DNA of 63,861 nt, the filler included, from Rhabdomonas costata (lineage: Eukaryota): NCBI GenBank assembly GCA_019059605.1. It is 40 parts of 40 records of this genome, joined end to end, with 100 filler letters (N's around TTAATTAATTAA, not from the genome) between each part and the next. Parts side by side here need not be neighbours in the genome. Positions count along the whole stretch, not along the records: positions 25,702 to 27,206 come from JAHMHO010014269.1; positions 27,307 to 28,812 come from JAHMHO010014270.1; positions 28,913 to 30,418 come from JAHMHO010014271.1; positions 30,519 to 32,023 come from JAHMHO010014272.1; positions 32,124 to 33,627 come from JAHMHO010014273.1; positions 33,728 to 35,232 come from JAHMHO010014274.1; positions 35,333 to 36,837 come from JAHMHO010014275.1; 33 more parts are not named here. The stretch is one strand, 5' to 3'. This document shows positions 25,752 through 36,527 of the stretch, one piece after another (the stretch's first letter is position 1; each line of letters starts with the position of its first letter). The position numbers and the translations under genes are program-made. The notes beneath the pieces are model-generated. The model ran no database searches. It was not told where the DNA came from and saw nothing but the letters and a program-made list of their open reading frames with translations.

Positions 25752-27176
25752 TGTGCCAAGGAAGTTGCTGAGCGTGAAAGCCATTTGTTTTCAGACCATG
25801 GCTGCGTGATATACGGGTTTTTGAAAGTCAACAAGGTGTGCGAACACCTCGCGTGGAAAATCTGTTCACAAAAGGGTGCTTTTATTTTTGCTATCCTTTT
25901 GCTTTGTATTCTCTGCTAGGTGCAGGGCAACTTCCACTTTGCTCCTGGAAAGTCTTTTCAGATGGGTGGAAGTCATGTTCACGACTTTCTTCCTGCTGAA
26001 CTGGAGCACTATAACACCAGCCACATCATACACAGGTGAAGTCTGAGGAGGTACTTTGAATTCTGGGATCCAGAGCTTTCCTTCGCCACATCCTCCGGGG
26101 TGGTATTTTTCTCAGGCTAGGGTTCGGTGCCGACTATCCGGGGATCATCAACCCCCTTGACAATCGCCAGCACATTCTTCCAAAGAGTATGTAAGGCTTT
26201 TCTTGTTCCTGTTTATTTGTGTCACTGTGGCACTATCGCCAGCATTGTGCCGAAGAATTGCTGACATCCAACGTGAAGGAACCTTCGCCTTGAGTAGCAA
26301 ATCTTGTTTCTAAAATATTTTTTCCAAACAAAGTCACAGCACTGCCGCACAAAAGTTCTTGCAGTAGCAGGGGTCAGCACCAAACAGCTTTTACAAGAAG
26401 AAACGCAAATCTTTTCTAAAATATTGTTTCGCACTGGCATTTTTTGTGCAAAAAAAGGCATGCGATTTCTGGAAGGGAATCGCTGATTGACTATCACCGT
26501 AAAACAGAAGAGCAGCCCCCCCCCCACCGCGTGGCATTGGAGACGAGGGGTCGCAGCAGGCGTTTGTCTTCTGCATTCAGCCCACACGGGTCTGTTTCAG
26601 TACTTCATCAAGGTGGTTCCCACCATATACGAGAACCTTGGAGGGCAAAAACTGCGCACCAATCAGTACTCTGTGACGGAGCACTTTAAGCCGAAGCCGG
26701 TGCCTTCGACGGAGCCTAGCCAGCCGGGGGGCACCCTTCCTGGTTTGCGCAACCTCTTTGCTCAGACTTGTTCTCATCACCTGTGATGTGATGTGACTGT
26801 GATATTCTCCAGGTGTGTTCTTCATCTACGACTTCAGCCCCATAATGGTGCACATCCGGGAGGCCCAGAGGCACCGCTCTGCTCTCCACTTCCTCACCAA
26901 CCTTTGCTCCATTGTTGGTGTGCTCCCAGTTACTCGGTGCTTACCGCAAAGTGAAAACCAAAGTCCCAAAATATGGAATGCGGCTTCTGTCAGGAACTTA
27001 GAACTTGCCGTTTTCTCTTTTTTTAGGGGGGGGGTCAATCCTGTGAGCTTTTCCACATTTACCTGCGTGTTTTTTTCCCAGGCGGTGTGTTCACTGTGGC
27101 TGGAATTGTAGACCGGCTCTTGTACCACAGCTTGCGGAACTTGAGGAAGAGGATGGAGGGGGGCAAGGGGAGCTGA
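25752..27176 (+). CDS. ERGIC3: ERGIC3/Erv46 family COPII cargo protein, C-terminal six exons to the TGA stop
   Basis: GCVIYGFLKVNK|VQGNFHFAPGKSF...NTSHIIH|RLGFGADYPGIINPLD...FQYFIKVVPTIY...TNQYSVTEH...LPG|VFFIYDFSPIMV...FLTNLCSIVG|GVFTVAG...GKGS*; five GT-AG introns, all in phase. Confidence 0.93.
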
Positions 27177-27803
27177 CCCCCTGACCCCCCCTCCTTACCC
27201 AACACANNNNNNNNNNNNNNNNNNNNNNNNNNNNNNNNNNNNNNNNNNNNTTAATTAATTAANNNNNNNNNNNNNNNNNNNNNNNNNNNNNNNNNNNNNN
27301 NNNNNNTTGTTGGCGATATCAATAAGTCTGTTAAGGTGGCTCCTCCGCGCATGCCAAACAGCGGCGTGATGCAGCCGTGCCTGACGGCAGCGGTGCATCA
27401 TGTTGTTAGAACGAGCCGCACCAACAGCGCTCCTAGTCATTGCCATCACCATGGACCTCGGGCAGTTTGCAATAAAGTAAATGATGTATTTTTATTGGAA
27501 TACTATGAATTTCCCATTTGGGGTTTACTTGCTTGTATCGGTCTCACCGGAAGGCTTTGGAGGGGGGGGTCCCCAAACTCGGAAATGCTTGTTGGTTGCT
27601 TTAACGATGCAAAACTCGGAGGACTGCAGCCATCCGGGGTGCGCCGTGAAATGGGATGCCATGAAGTAGGTGGCTGTCCCCCCCCCCCGGCTCGCTAAGC
27701 AAGGGCAGAATTGAAAGCATGGGGAAACAGTAGCCATTAGCCGGAGGTCTTGCCCGGTGTATTGAGATTATATTCACCAAGGCGGTGGGGTGCACATTCC
27801 CAG

Positions 27804-28812
27804 GATGGCTGGCCACACTTCCAGCGCCTGCTGGTTGCCTGCCTGAAGTTCCTGGACCCCAGCCTGCGGAACGCGCAGCTCACGGAGGCTATTCGCCTGT
27901 TCTACAAGGGCCGACGTGCACTCTGCGCACAGCCTCTCATTTACACCCCCCCTCCCTCCACACACACACACACACACACACAAACACATCTCAGTTACCC
28001 ATTCAAGCACGCTTTTGTAAAACCGCACCTGGCCTCCCAAGAGGGGGAAGACTTTTAAGAACTAGCGCTGGGGCATCGTGAGGGTGCGATTCAGCACTGG
28101 CTCCACACACATACCGCAGTTTTCGCGCGAATTCGCTGCTTCAAATCTGAGCTCAGCCGGAACACAATTACAAGCATTAGCAGCTAGTTCTAGTTCTGCC
28201 TTGTCTTAGCGCAGGCGCTTTATGCTGCGGTTTTGGTGTCCCTCTCGATTTGAAGCACGGTTGCATGTAGATGAGGAAATTAAGACGTTGCAGCTATCAT
28301 TGAAAGTGGGTGTACGGTCATCACTGAATCTCCATTTTGTGTATTTATGATGCTTGGGGTCGGGGCAGGCACGCTGAAGATTCTGCTGGTGTTGCTGCAC
28401 GACTTCCCGGAGTTCCTGTGTAACTACCACTTCAGCTTCTGCGACGTCATCCCCCCGCCGTGCATCCAGCTCCGCAACGTCATCCTGAGCTCCTTCCCGC
28501 GCCACATGCGCCTGCCCGACCCCTTCACTCCGAACCTCAAGGCAGCCCACCCGAACCTGCTCCCTTTCTGACCTGCCTACAATTGTCCCTAGCGCTGTCT
28601 TACTTTCCGGGTCTTAATAAAGGCTATTAAAGGTACTCACCAGTCTAATATGAGTATGGAGTGGGAATGGCACAAAAACCTTTCCGGGCCGAATGTTTGA
28701 CTCCCCCACTCAGTTTGGCTTCCTCCCTCAGGTGGACCTGCTTCCGGAGATCACTCAGGCCCCGAGGATCCTCTCCAAGTACATGGAGCAGCTCAAGCAG
28801 CAGCTCAACCAC
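27804..28812 (+). CDS. CNOT1: CCR4-NOT scaffold Not1, C-terminal domain; exons about 27804-27909, 28369-28541, 28732-28812
   Basis: [69 protein letters not shown] is the conserved Not1 signature. Confidence 0.95.
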
Positions 28813-28912
28813 NNNNNNNNNNNNNNNNNNNNNNNNNNNNNNNNNNNNNNNNNNNNTTAATTAATTAANNNNNNNNNNNNNNNNNNNNNNNNNNNNNNNN
28901 NNNNNNNNNNNN

Positions 28913-29630
28913 GTTGTGTGTGGCCTGACACTTCGTTCTGCTGGTGGGGCTGAACCATCGTCGACCCCATCCTCATCTGGTCCTTCTCCCGCATCTTCAT
29001 CGACATCACCCTCACCCTCTGGTAACATTCCCACTGGGTATAACACCCTTGTTTCGTATGGGATTAGATCACTTGAATGTAACACTGGATGCGCTCTCCA
29101 CCGCACTTCCTTAGGAATGTCTAACAAAAAGGTCGTGTCTGTAATCTTCTTGGTGATGGCAAACGGTCCCACGGCCTTTGGCATAAGCTTACCTGGTGGG
29201 CCTCCAAACCTCCCTTTGTAATGCCTCCTCTTCCTGATCAACACATCCTGACCCACACAGTGCTTGTAATCTGCCCTCTTGCGATTGGCATATGCTGCGG
29301 CCTTCTGCTTTTCTCTCTCAAATGCCTCCCCCACCTTCTTCCAAATCGCCTTCATTCTCTTGACCTGGTACCTCACTGGAGCTCGCGCTGCTCCTGGATC
29401 TTGGTCTGCTGTATCTAGCAGATCCCACCAAAACACTGGATGATACGCGTCGTTGAGGTAGAAGGACTGTACTCAGTGTTTGCGATGGGGGCACTGTTGA
29501 TCTCAATCTCCAACAACACCAAAAGGTCCATCCAACCTGTTCCAGGATACGAATACATCAGCGTGGTCATCACCTGATTCATGGTCTAATTGGTTCGCTC
29601 TGCTTGTCCGTTGGTCTGTGGATGGTATGG
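28913..29630 (-). mobile_element. Degenerate Ty3/Gypsy LTR-retrotransposon integrase C-terminal half
   Basis: YHPQTNGQAERTN*(TAG), then TEYSP with a frameshift to FYLN, VGQDVL, KLMPKAVGPF (GPY/F motif) and HPVLHSSDLIPY. Confidence 0.9.
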
Positions 29631-31278
29631 CAAGGATCTTCTGCTATGGCAGGGGGCGAAAACGGCGCGTGTCGTTCTCAGTGTGTTTTCTCAATCCCAG
29701 CGGGCAAGCTTAGCTGCTTTTTTGCCTTTGCCTTTCCCCAAAAAGCAAAAACGCCAACCGGAAAAAGGAGCGTAGTTTGTGTGGTACGGAAGAAAATTGC
29801 GGAAAAGGTGCCACACGATAGTTGGGACTGGGCTGCGGCCTTACGCTTCGGGGCCAATTCTTTGCCGACCACTGACCAAATCCCAACTCTTCCCAAATCA
29901 GTGTTTCAGCCCGGGGGAAATGGCGGGATAAGCGCAATTGACGTGTGGGACGTCTTCCCGGTGCTGAAAGGAAAAGGGCGACACCATGTTGGAATGAGAC
30001 TTTGGGTGCCCTCACTTTAACTAAAACTTCCCTCGGCCATCTTTTCGTTCATATCACGGCCGCACAACCACTACCTTGACACAACACAGTTCTTTAGACA
30101 GGCTGTTTGTTTTCCTGCACCTTCGAGATCCCTTGGGTTATCATGCGAGCAAAAAATGGCTGCACATGGTCTGCTCGTCTCTTTCGACATTGCCGTCGGG
30201 GGCTAGCTCCGGCCCGCCGTCCTGGACATCACTGGCTGGGCGTGGCCAAAGCCTGACTGTCCATCGCATTCTCTTTCGCGATGTCTCCTTTGCCTCAGCT
30301 GTGCGTGCCTGAGTGTCTCGTCATTTCTTTGCCCCCAGAAACCAGAATCTACAGGAGTTCGCTACAAAGAGCTCATTAACATCTCGGCCAAACAGCTGAT
30401 CCATGGATACCAAAAACCNNNNNNNNNNNNNNNNNNNNNNNNNNNNNNNNNNNNNNNNNNNNTTAATTAATTAANNNNNNNNNNNNNNNNNNNNNNNNNN
30501 NNNNNNNNNNNNNNNNNNGGTGTTGGGTGTACTACTGGTGCCCCGTGTGTGCGGGCATGCCCTGTTCTGATTTCCGTGAGACTTCTGCTGTAATTCATGT
30601 CTTGTGATGACAGAAGACGTGGTTTAACCCACACACTGAGTTGGGTGCAAAGGGTAACCACTGGTATGGATACTGTCGGACACCAAAGTTGGCTCGAATC
30701 CATATCACGGTTTTGATTGAGCATTAAGTTGAAGGCAATGGGGTCAGCAGGTGCCTGGTTCGCGACATACAAGTTGCCAAATGGCCGGAGTCTCGTTCTG
30801 TGGTGAAACTTTGGATGGCTACTGGGAAGGGTGACCATGAGAAAGTGCGTCGGGAGGAAAAAAGACGACGGGAACCCCCGGAGAAAGGCGGCCGTGAGAA
30901 AACGTCATAAATCTAATATGACCGCTGGTTCGTTCGACTCAGTTGACATACAATAAAGTTCTCTCCTTTCTTTAGCCAGCCGTCCACTGTTAACCACCAG
31001 CAAAAGGTTTTAGTGCCACCATCACCCCAACCGCCCAACTTTATATCTCAAGAGATAAAACTTTCTCCCCGAATAGCGGTCATCAAAAGCAAAACCCTGT
31101 TTTAAACTCTCTTGGAACTCCTAGTATCACTTTCAAAGGCAACGAGGCCTTGAAGCCCAAGTAATTTTCCACGAATACCTGCCACCTAGGCCCCCCAAAA
31201 AACTTACCAATCAGCATTTTCTTCAGACGACCACAATCGAAAATCTCCTCACGCGCCCCCTCCCCGAGGCCGACAAAC

Positions 31279-31497
31279 CTCAACATTGATCTCGTTTCCG
31301 GTGACCTCGCACGCGGTGGCCATCTGCTGGGTGCGCTTCACTGCAGCCAGGGACTGGTCCTGGATGGTGATGGCCTGGCACAGCACTTGGTCCGAGGTCT
31401 GGTACATCGGCGACTCGGGCTCGGCACTGGTCGGGCCGGTGCTGCTGCTCCCGGTATCCTTGCACGATCGGAGCTCCTTCTCATAGTTTGCGAGGTC
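31279..31497 (-). CDS. Qb-SNARE (NPSN/Vti1-like) exon
   Basis: SDQVLCQAITIQDQSLAAVKRTQQMATACEVTGNEINVE resembles the start of an NPSN-type SNARE motif; TAG acceptor, GTTTGT donor. Not in the ORF track. Confidence 0.6.
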
Positions 31498-31847
31498 CTA
31501 ACAACCGGTGCAACGTGGTGGTGGGTAAGTAAACCAAAACGCAAAAGCGCGAAGAAGAGCGGTATTAGAAAGGGCCATGAACAGACGCCCAGGTGGCTTT
31601 CATACCAGAACGCCACACAGGAAGGGACACCGTCGTTCAGACTTGACCAGAAGAAAAATCGCGGGTTATCCAAAACTCAAAATAAATAGCAGTTACAATC
31701 AAAATACCACTGTTTAGCAACAAAGGGGATTGTGACTTGCGCTTCAGCCCGCGTTTTGCCCTCTAACCTCGAGCGAGCCCGACAAGCTGTCCCATGATTA
31801 TGGGAACATCTCTCGTGTGTTGGTGACCAGCATTACAATCGGCATAA

Positions 31848-31990
31848 GTGCATTTATCCCCCCCGCCTCGCCACGTACCCCACCAAAAAAGCTTCTACTT
31901 TAATCCCGAGAACCGTGCATCGCCACGTAACCCCTTGCAAACTACCATACTAGAATCCCAGGTAAGACGTGTATCACCTCCTAATCCGCT
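31848..31990 (+). repeat. Diverged copies of the about 51-bp minisatellite family
   Basis: gtgcatcgcc..taacccc..gcaaa...gaatcccagg matches the units at 54285-54480 and 55205-55602. Confidence 0.7.
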
Positions 31991-32402
31991 GCTAACTCAG
32001 AAAGGGGACAAACAACCACCCCCNNNNNNNNNNNNNNNNNNNNNNNNNNNNNNNNNNNNNNNNNNNNTTAATTAATTAANNNNNNNNNNNNNNNNNNNNN
32101 NNNNNNNNNNNNNNNNNNNNNNNATTTCACCTCACTATCATGGTTGGTTTCTTTACTCCTGATATTGCTTTGCGGATTTTTGGAAGTGTCCTTGGTGGGC
32201 TTTTGCAGACATAGACAAGGTTCTTTTTGGTTCGAAGGCCAGTGCGCGGTGTGGCCGAAGCGGTTATGCACATTGTTATTCTTCCGCTAGGGAGACACAC
32301 TTTAATTTTAGAGTGGTTAGAAAATTTATGACCGTTTTGCAGTGTTAGACGTTCAGCTGCTGCTTGCCGTCGAGGAGCCACCGGTGCCGCCGCCAGCGGT
32401 TG

Positions 32403-33238
32403 TTATGGCTCCGGCGCCTCGTCACCAGTTAGCGGAGGTGCGCAGAACGAGGAGGGTAGGGTGGCAGGTTGGGCGGGGCAGCTCAAGCACCGGATCATTT
32501 CCACGCCCATCTCCCGCAGCACTGCCGACTCTGCATCCATGCTGCTGTCGTCATCGTTGGTGGTATCCTCGTCCTCCTCGTCGTGGCGCGCCACCTGCAG
32601 CACGGTGGCTGGGATGTATGGCAGGTACAGCTGAAGGTTCCCCACGATCTCCTGCACGTAGGAGGGAGGGGAGGCGTTAAACCAAGAAAAGCGCTTTCCA
32701 TATTAGGATCTGGGGCGGCTTTCAGGAGGACCTCTTAGCGGGCTGGTTCTACACACATGTACCCTGGATGCGGTTCATCAGTTGCGGTGTGCTCTACTTG
32801 ATCAACGCTCTCGTTTCGTTCTCGTTTTTTCTCCTTCGTCAAGCGGACATGCGTAAGGTGCCATTCTGTTTGTGTCTCACAATCTCATTGGCGGTGGAAT
32901 CCAGGGAAAAAAGTGAAAGAGAGAGTTTGCCTGTGTGTAGGCTCGTCCACTAACCCTCACCCTTCATCGCGAAATATGACTCTATCCTCCTGATTTCCGA
33001 GTCCGAGAATTCCCATCCATTGCACAGACTCATACCATCTCTTGAACTCAAAGACGTACAAGTTCATCACATCGCTTCTGGGGGTAAGGGAAGTCTGTCA
33101 AGTCACAAGAAAGCCAGAACGGAAGGGATGAAACGGGGGAAGAACCTTAAGGTTGAGGATCAGCGAGCCGTCGACCTTCGCCCACAGTTCGTCAATGTCA
33201 TCCAGGTCCATAACCTGAAGCGACCATTGCGAAAAAGT
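32403..33238 (-). CDS. Putative receptor nucleotide-cyclase-like protein linker region (paralog A); exons 33238-33146 and from 32651
   Basis: Phase-0 splice gives VMDLDDIDELWAKVDGSLILNLK|EIVGNLQLYLPYIPATVL followed by an acidic stretch; homologous to 52987-53777. The cyclase label is inference. Confidence 0.5.
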
Positions 33239-34005
33239 CTGTAAAGAAATTGCATATTCGGTTCCGGGAAGATTGCTTTCCTTTTTGGAAACACACACAA
33301 CATTCGTCATCCCAGTGGCAAAAGGTAGCAAGGCAAGGCAACACAACACAAAGAAGCATCACTCGCAGTAGTAAGGAAGCGAGGGAGGGAGAAGGAAGAC
33401 AGAGAGAGGTCAAAGCCACTCCTTTTGCATGTCAACCTAGAACACCTCCGTAAAAATGCATCCGCTCAAATCAACAATTGACCAGCGAAAAAGATGAGAC
33501 TCCTCTCAGAAGTGGGAGGGGGGGGGTCACATTGCTGAGGGGAAAGCCGAAGCTGGCCCTGGGTATATATGGGGGGCCTCCTGAAATGCTGCGAGGACGG
33601 TCCTTTCTCCCTCAGGCCACCAAACCCNNNNNNNNNNNNNNNNNNNNNNNNNNNNNNNNNNNNNNNNNNNNTTAATTAATTAANNNNNNNNNNNNNNNNN
33701 NNNNNNNNNNNNNNNNNNNNNNNNNNNCAGAGGGGCTATGGCCCGTCGTTCCCGCGGTAAGTGGACACATTTGCCGCCAATCTTCGGATGAGTTGCGTTG
33801 ACAAAAAAAAGGATCTTGTTATGTTTACGTTTACGTGTGTCCTTCTTGAAGTATACTGTGTGCGCTGTGGAAGCAACAACTGTGTGTGGAAATCGCTACT
33901 GTTCCTGTTCCTGTTTCTGTTAAACTCGTTTCCCTTCCTTTGCGATGAAATGCTTTTTTGTATGCTCTTTTGTCCTTTTTGTATTCTCTGATTTGCTGCT
34001 CCCAG

Positions 34006-34305
34006 GTGGTGGCTGTGTTCCAGCCCTCGCGGTTCACGGCGGTGCTCTTTTTGGACGAGCGCAGCGCAGCCTCGGGCAGCCTGGGGCGCCCCCCTGCGGG
34101 CGACGGTGCAGGCACGCTGTGCGACTACCCCGGCTATGCCATAGCCAGCCGCACCGTCAACGAGTTCGAGCCGGGCTACACCACAGTAAGGGCGACCTAC
34201 AACAAAACAGGCGGCGCTTCTGCTGCTGCTGGCCCCGTGGGAGGCACCACACCCACAGCTCTGTCACAGGCCCAGGGTAGCCCGGAGCCGCACTTCCCTT
34301 CCTAG
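34006..34305 (+). CDS. AMD1: S-adenosylmethionine decarboxylase, last exon
   Basis: VVAVFQPSRFTAVLFLD...YPGYAIASRTVNEFEPGYTTVRATY parallels the recalled trypanosomatid AdoMetDC end (VF.P.RF..IVF.D...YP.Y....RTVNEFAPGY); ends in TAG. Confidence 0.75.
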   Translation: MVAVFQPSRFTAVLFLDERSAASGSLGRPPAGDGAGTLCDYPGYAIASRTVNEFEPGYTTVRATYNKTGGASAAAGPVGGTTPTALSQAQGSPEPHFPS

Positions 34306-35380
34306 CGCCGCCCTGCTGATGTGGGAAAGGTCACTGATTGCTGTTGGTGAAGTGCACTTAACGAGCCTTCGCGTGAATGTTCGGCACTGTCACAAATGCG
34401 CACGGAAGAGTCAGTTGGCGCTGTCCCATTCGCTCATGTGGCCGAAGCATTGCTTTCAATGGTTGCGCTTTCAAATTAAGTCACCAAGCGAAATGAGGCC
34501 GCCTGGTTTCCCACCAACTCGTATGGCCCACCGCCTGCTAAGGACACTCGATTCGGTTGCATTGTAAATGTTTTCAGTGAAACATTGGTTTTGCTGGCTC
34601 TTGGCCCAACGAATCACCCTCCAGTGCGGTGCGGTGCTCTGGTTGCGCCGGCGGTTCCCCCCATGCGTGCCTCAAAGTCCTTTGAAGTGAAATGCCCATT
34701 ATGGTCCCAACGCATTCTTCCATAGCGGAAAAGTGTTTTCCCGGACACCCGACGGAATATAACTTCCGCCCCTAACACCACCATCATCTCCGCCAACAAG
34801 GAAACCGGATGCCGAGGATGGAAGCCGACTTGGCGGCATATCTTGGCACTGCGGGATCAGGGTTTGCAATTTGAAAAGCCGAACTTCCAGCAGTTCGATA
34901 ACCATTAGGGCCAAAAGGAATCCAAAAGAGACGGGCAAGCGCAAACGGAATCTCAACAAACGGACTACGAGAGGAAAAGCTTCGATCAGGGTTATCGCCG
35001 GATGATCCTTGATTACCCCCCGATGTTGAGCCCGCTGGCGCTTCATGCGCCGATGCGGATGGTTTTGGCGTGCGGCTTTGACCCTGTTTTCTGAAATGGC
35101 ACCTTAAAAAACCAAGATGCCATTGCTCATTTTAAGTCATTTTGAAGCGTGTTTGGGTTAGGGGTCCGCGCCCGTTGCCCGGAAAGCGCTTGGCATAAAA
35201 ATATCGACCTAAAAATCGTGCCCAAAAAAACCNNNNNNNNNNNNNNNNNNNNNNNNNNNNNNNNNNNNNNNNNNNNTTAATTAATTAANNNNNNNNNNNN
35301 NNNNNNNNNNNNNNNNNNNNNNNNNNNNNNNNCAGTGGTAAGGGAAAAAGAAAACAGCTTTTGAGGCTAAGAAACAATTA

Positions 35381-36527
35381 TCAGAAGCTCGCGGAAGTAT
35401 CCTCGCCGTCCTTCCTGTTGTTAAAGAAAGAAGTGGCTGGGGGAGAGGGGACCTCGAGACAGGGTGCCCGAGCCGCGGGGGTGGTCGCGGGAGGGGGTGC
35501 GCCCCCAACAGCGACAGCATTGACAGGGGGAGCGATGGGTCTCTGCAGTATCCTGAGCTGGGCCTCCTGCAGGAAGGGCAGGCTAAGGACCTTGGAGGCG
35601 GTCAGCCCACGACCACTGGGGGACTGACAAAGATACGAACAACCAGAAAGAACGATGAATTGTGTCCGAAGCATTTTTTAGGGTCTACTAAACTGGTTTT
35701 TAAAGTTTAACCAGTCAACGTTGCTAATCATTAACCGCCATGAAACCGCACCGAGCAGGAAAATAACAAGTGGTTTCTGATCTGAGGAGAGCAGTAATAA
35801 ATTGCCACTTGGTAAAAACTTCTGAAGGACGCCTTTACAAAAACACACCCCAATTCACAGTGAAAAGATTTGCTTCCTTCCAACTGTCACATTCCCTTAG
35901 CTTGAGCAACAAGATCGGGTCAGCACAGCGCTCATCACTGTCACCCACCCTTAAACTCCTCAAAATGACAAAAAGCCAAAAAAGGGTCACATTTCTTTTA
36001 CGTGCAGGCAGACCCCCAGAATGCGCATCCAAACCTTCCAAACCTTACAAACCACCCAAAAAGTGGCCTCAGGGTTCGTTTTGATAACGCCTTAATGAAT
36101 CACACAGCATTTTTGAAATCGCGCTTTGCCATCCACCCACCCACACCCACACCCACACACGCGGGAAAACTTCCGTTTTTGTCATTTGGATTTTTGGTGT
36201 TTTGGCGTTCCTGAACGGAATGTGTGAGTGCCGATGCAAAAGGCAGAGGGGCGTGAAGCAGCAGACCTCGGAGAGGGAGGTCAGCTGGGTGGCCAGGGAG
36301 GCCAAGTCTGGGCTGTAGTCCGTCCGGATCGCCCTCAAGGGGTCCGGCAAGCTGAGCAGCGCTCGAGCCTGCGACACCGCGCACGCACGACCATCATCTC
36401 CCATACATTGGAAAATGGAAGCGAGGCAATCCACAAACCAGAACGCCGAGGAAGCACCCTGCACCTGGGCTGAGGATGCTCGAGTGCACAGCTGCACCAG
36501 TACTACCCCAAGGCCACGGAGATCACC
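35381..36527 (-). CDS. Divergent NEK-like protein kinase or pseudokinase C-lobe exons
   Basis: GDLRGLGVVLVQLCT (subdomain IX-like), YSPDLASLATQL and LTASKVLSLPFL (subdomain XI-like). Confidence 0.5.
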
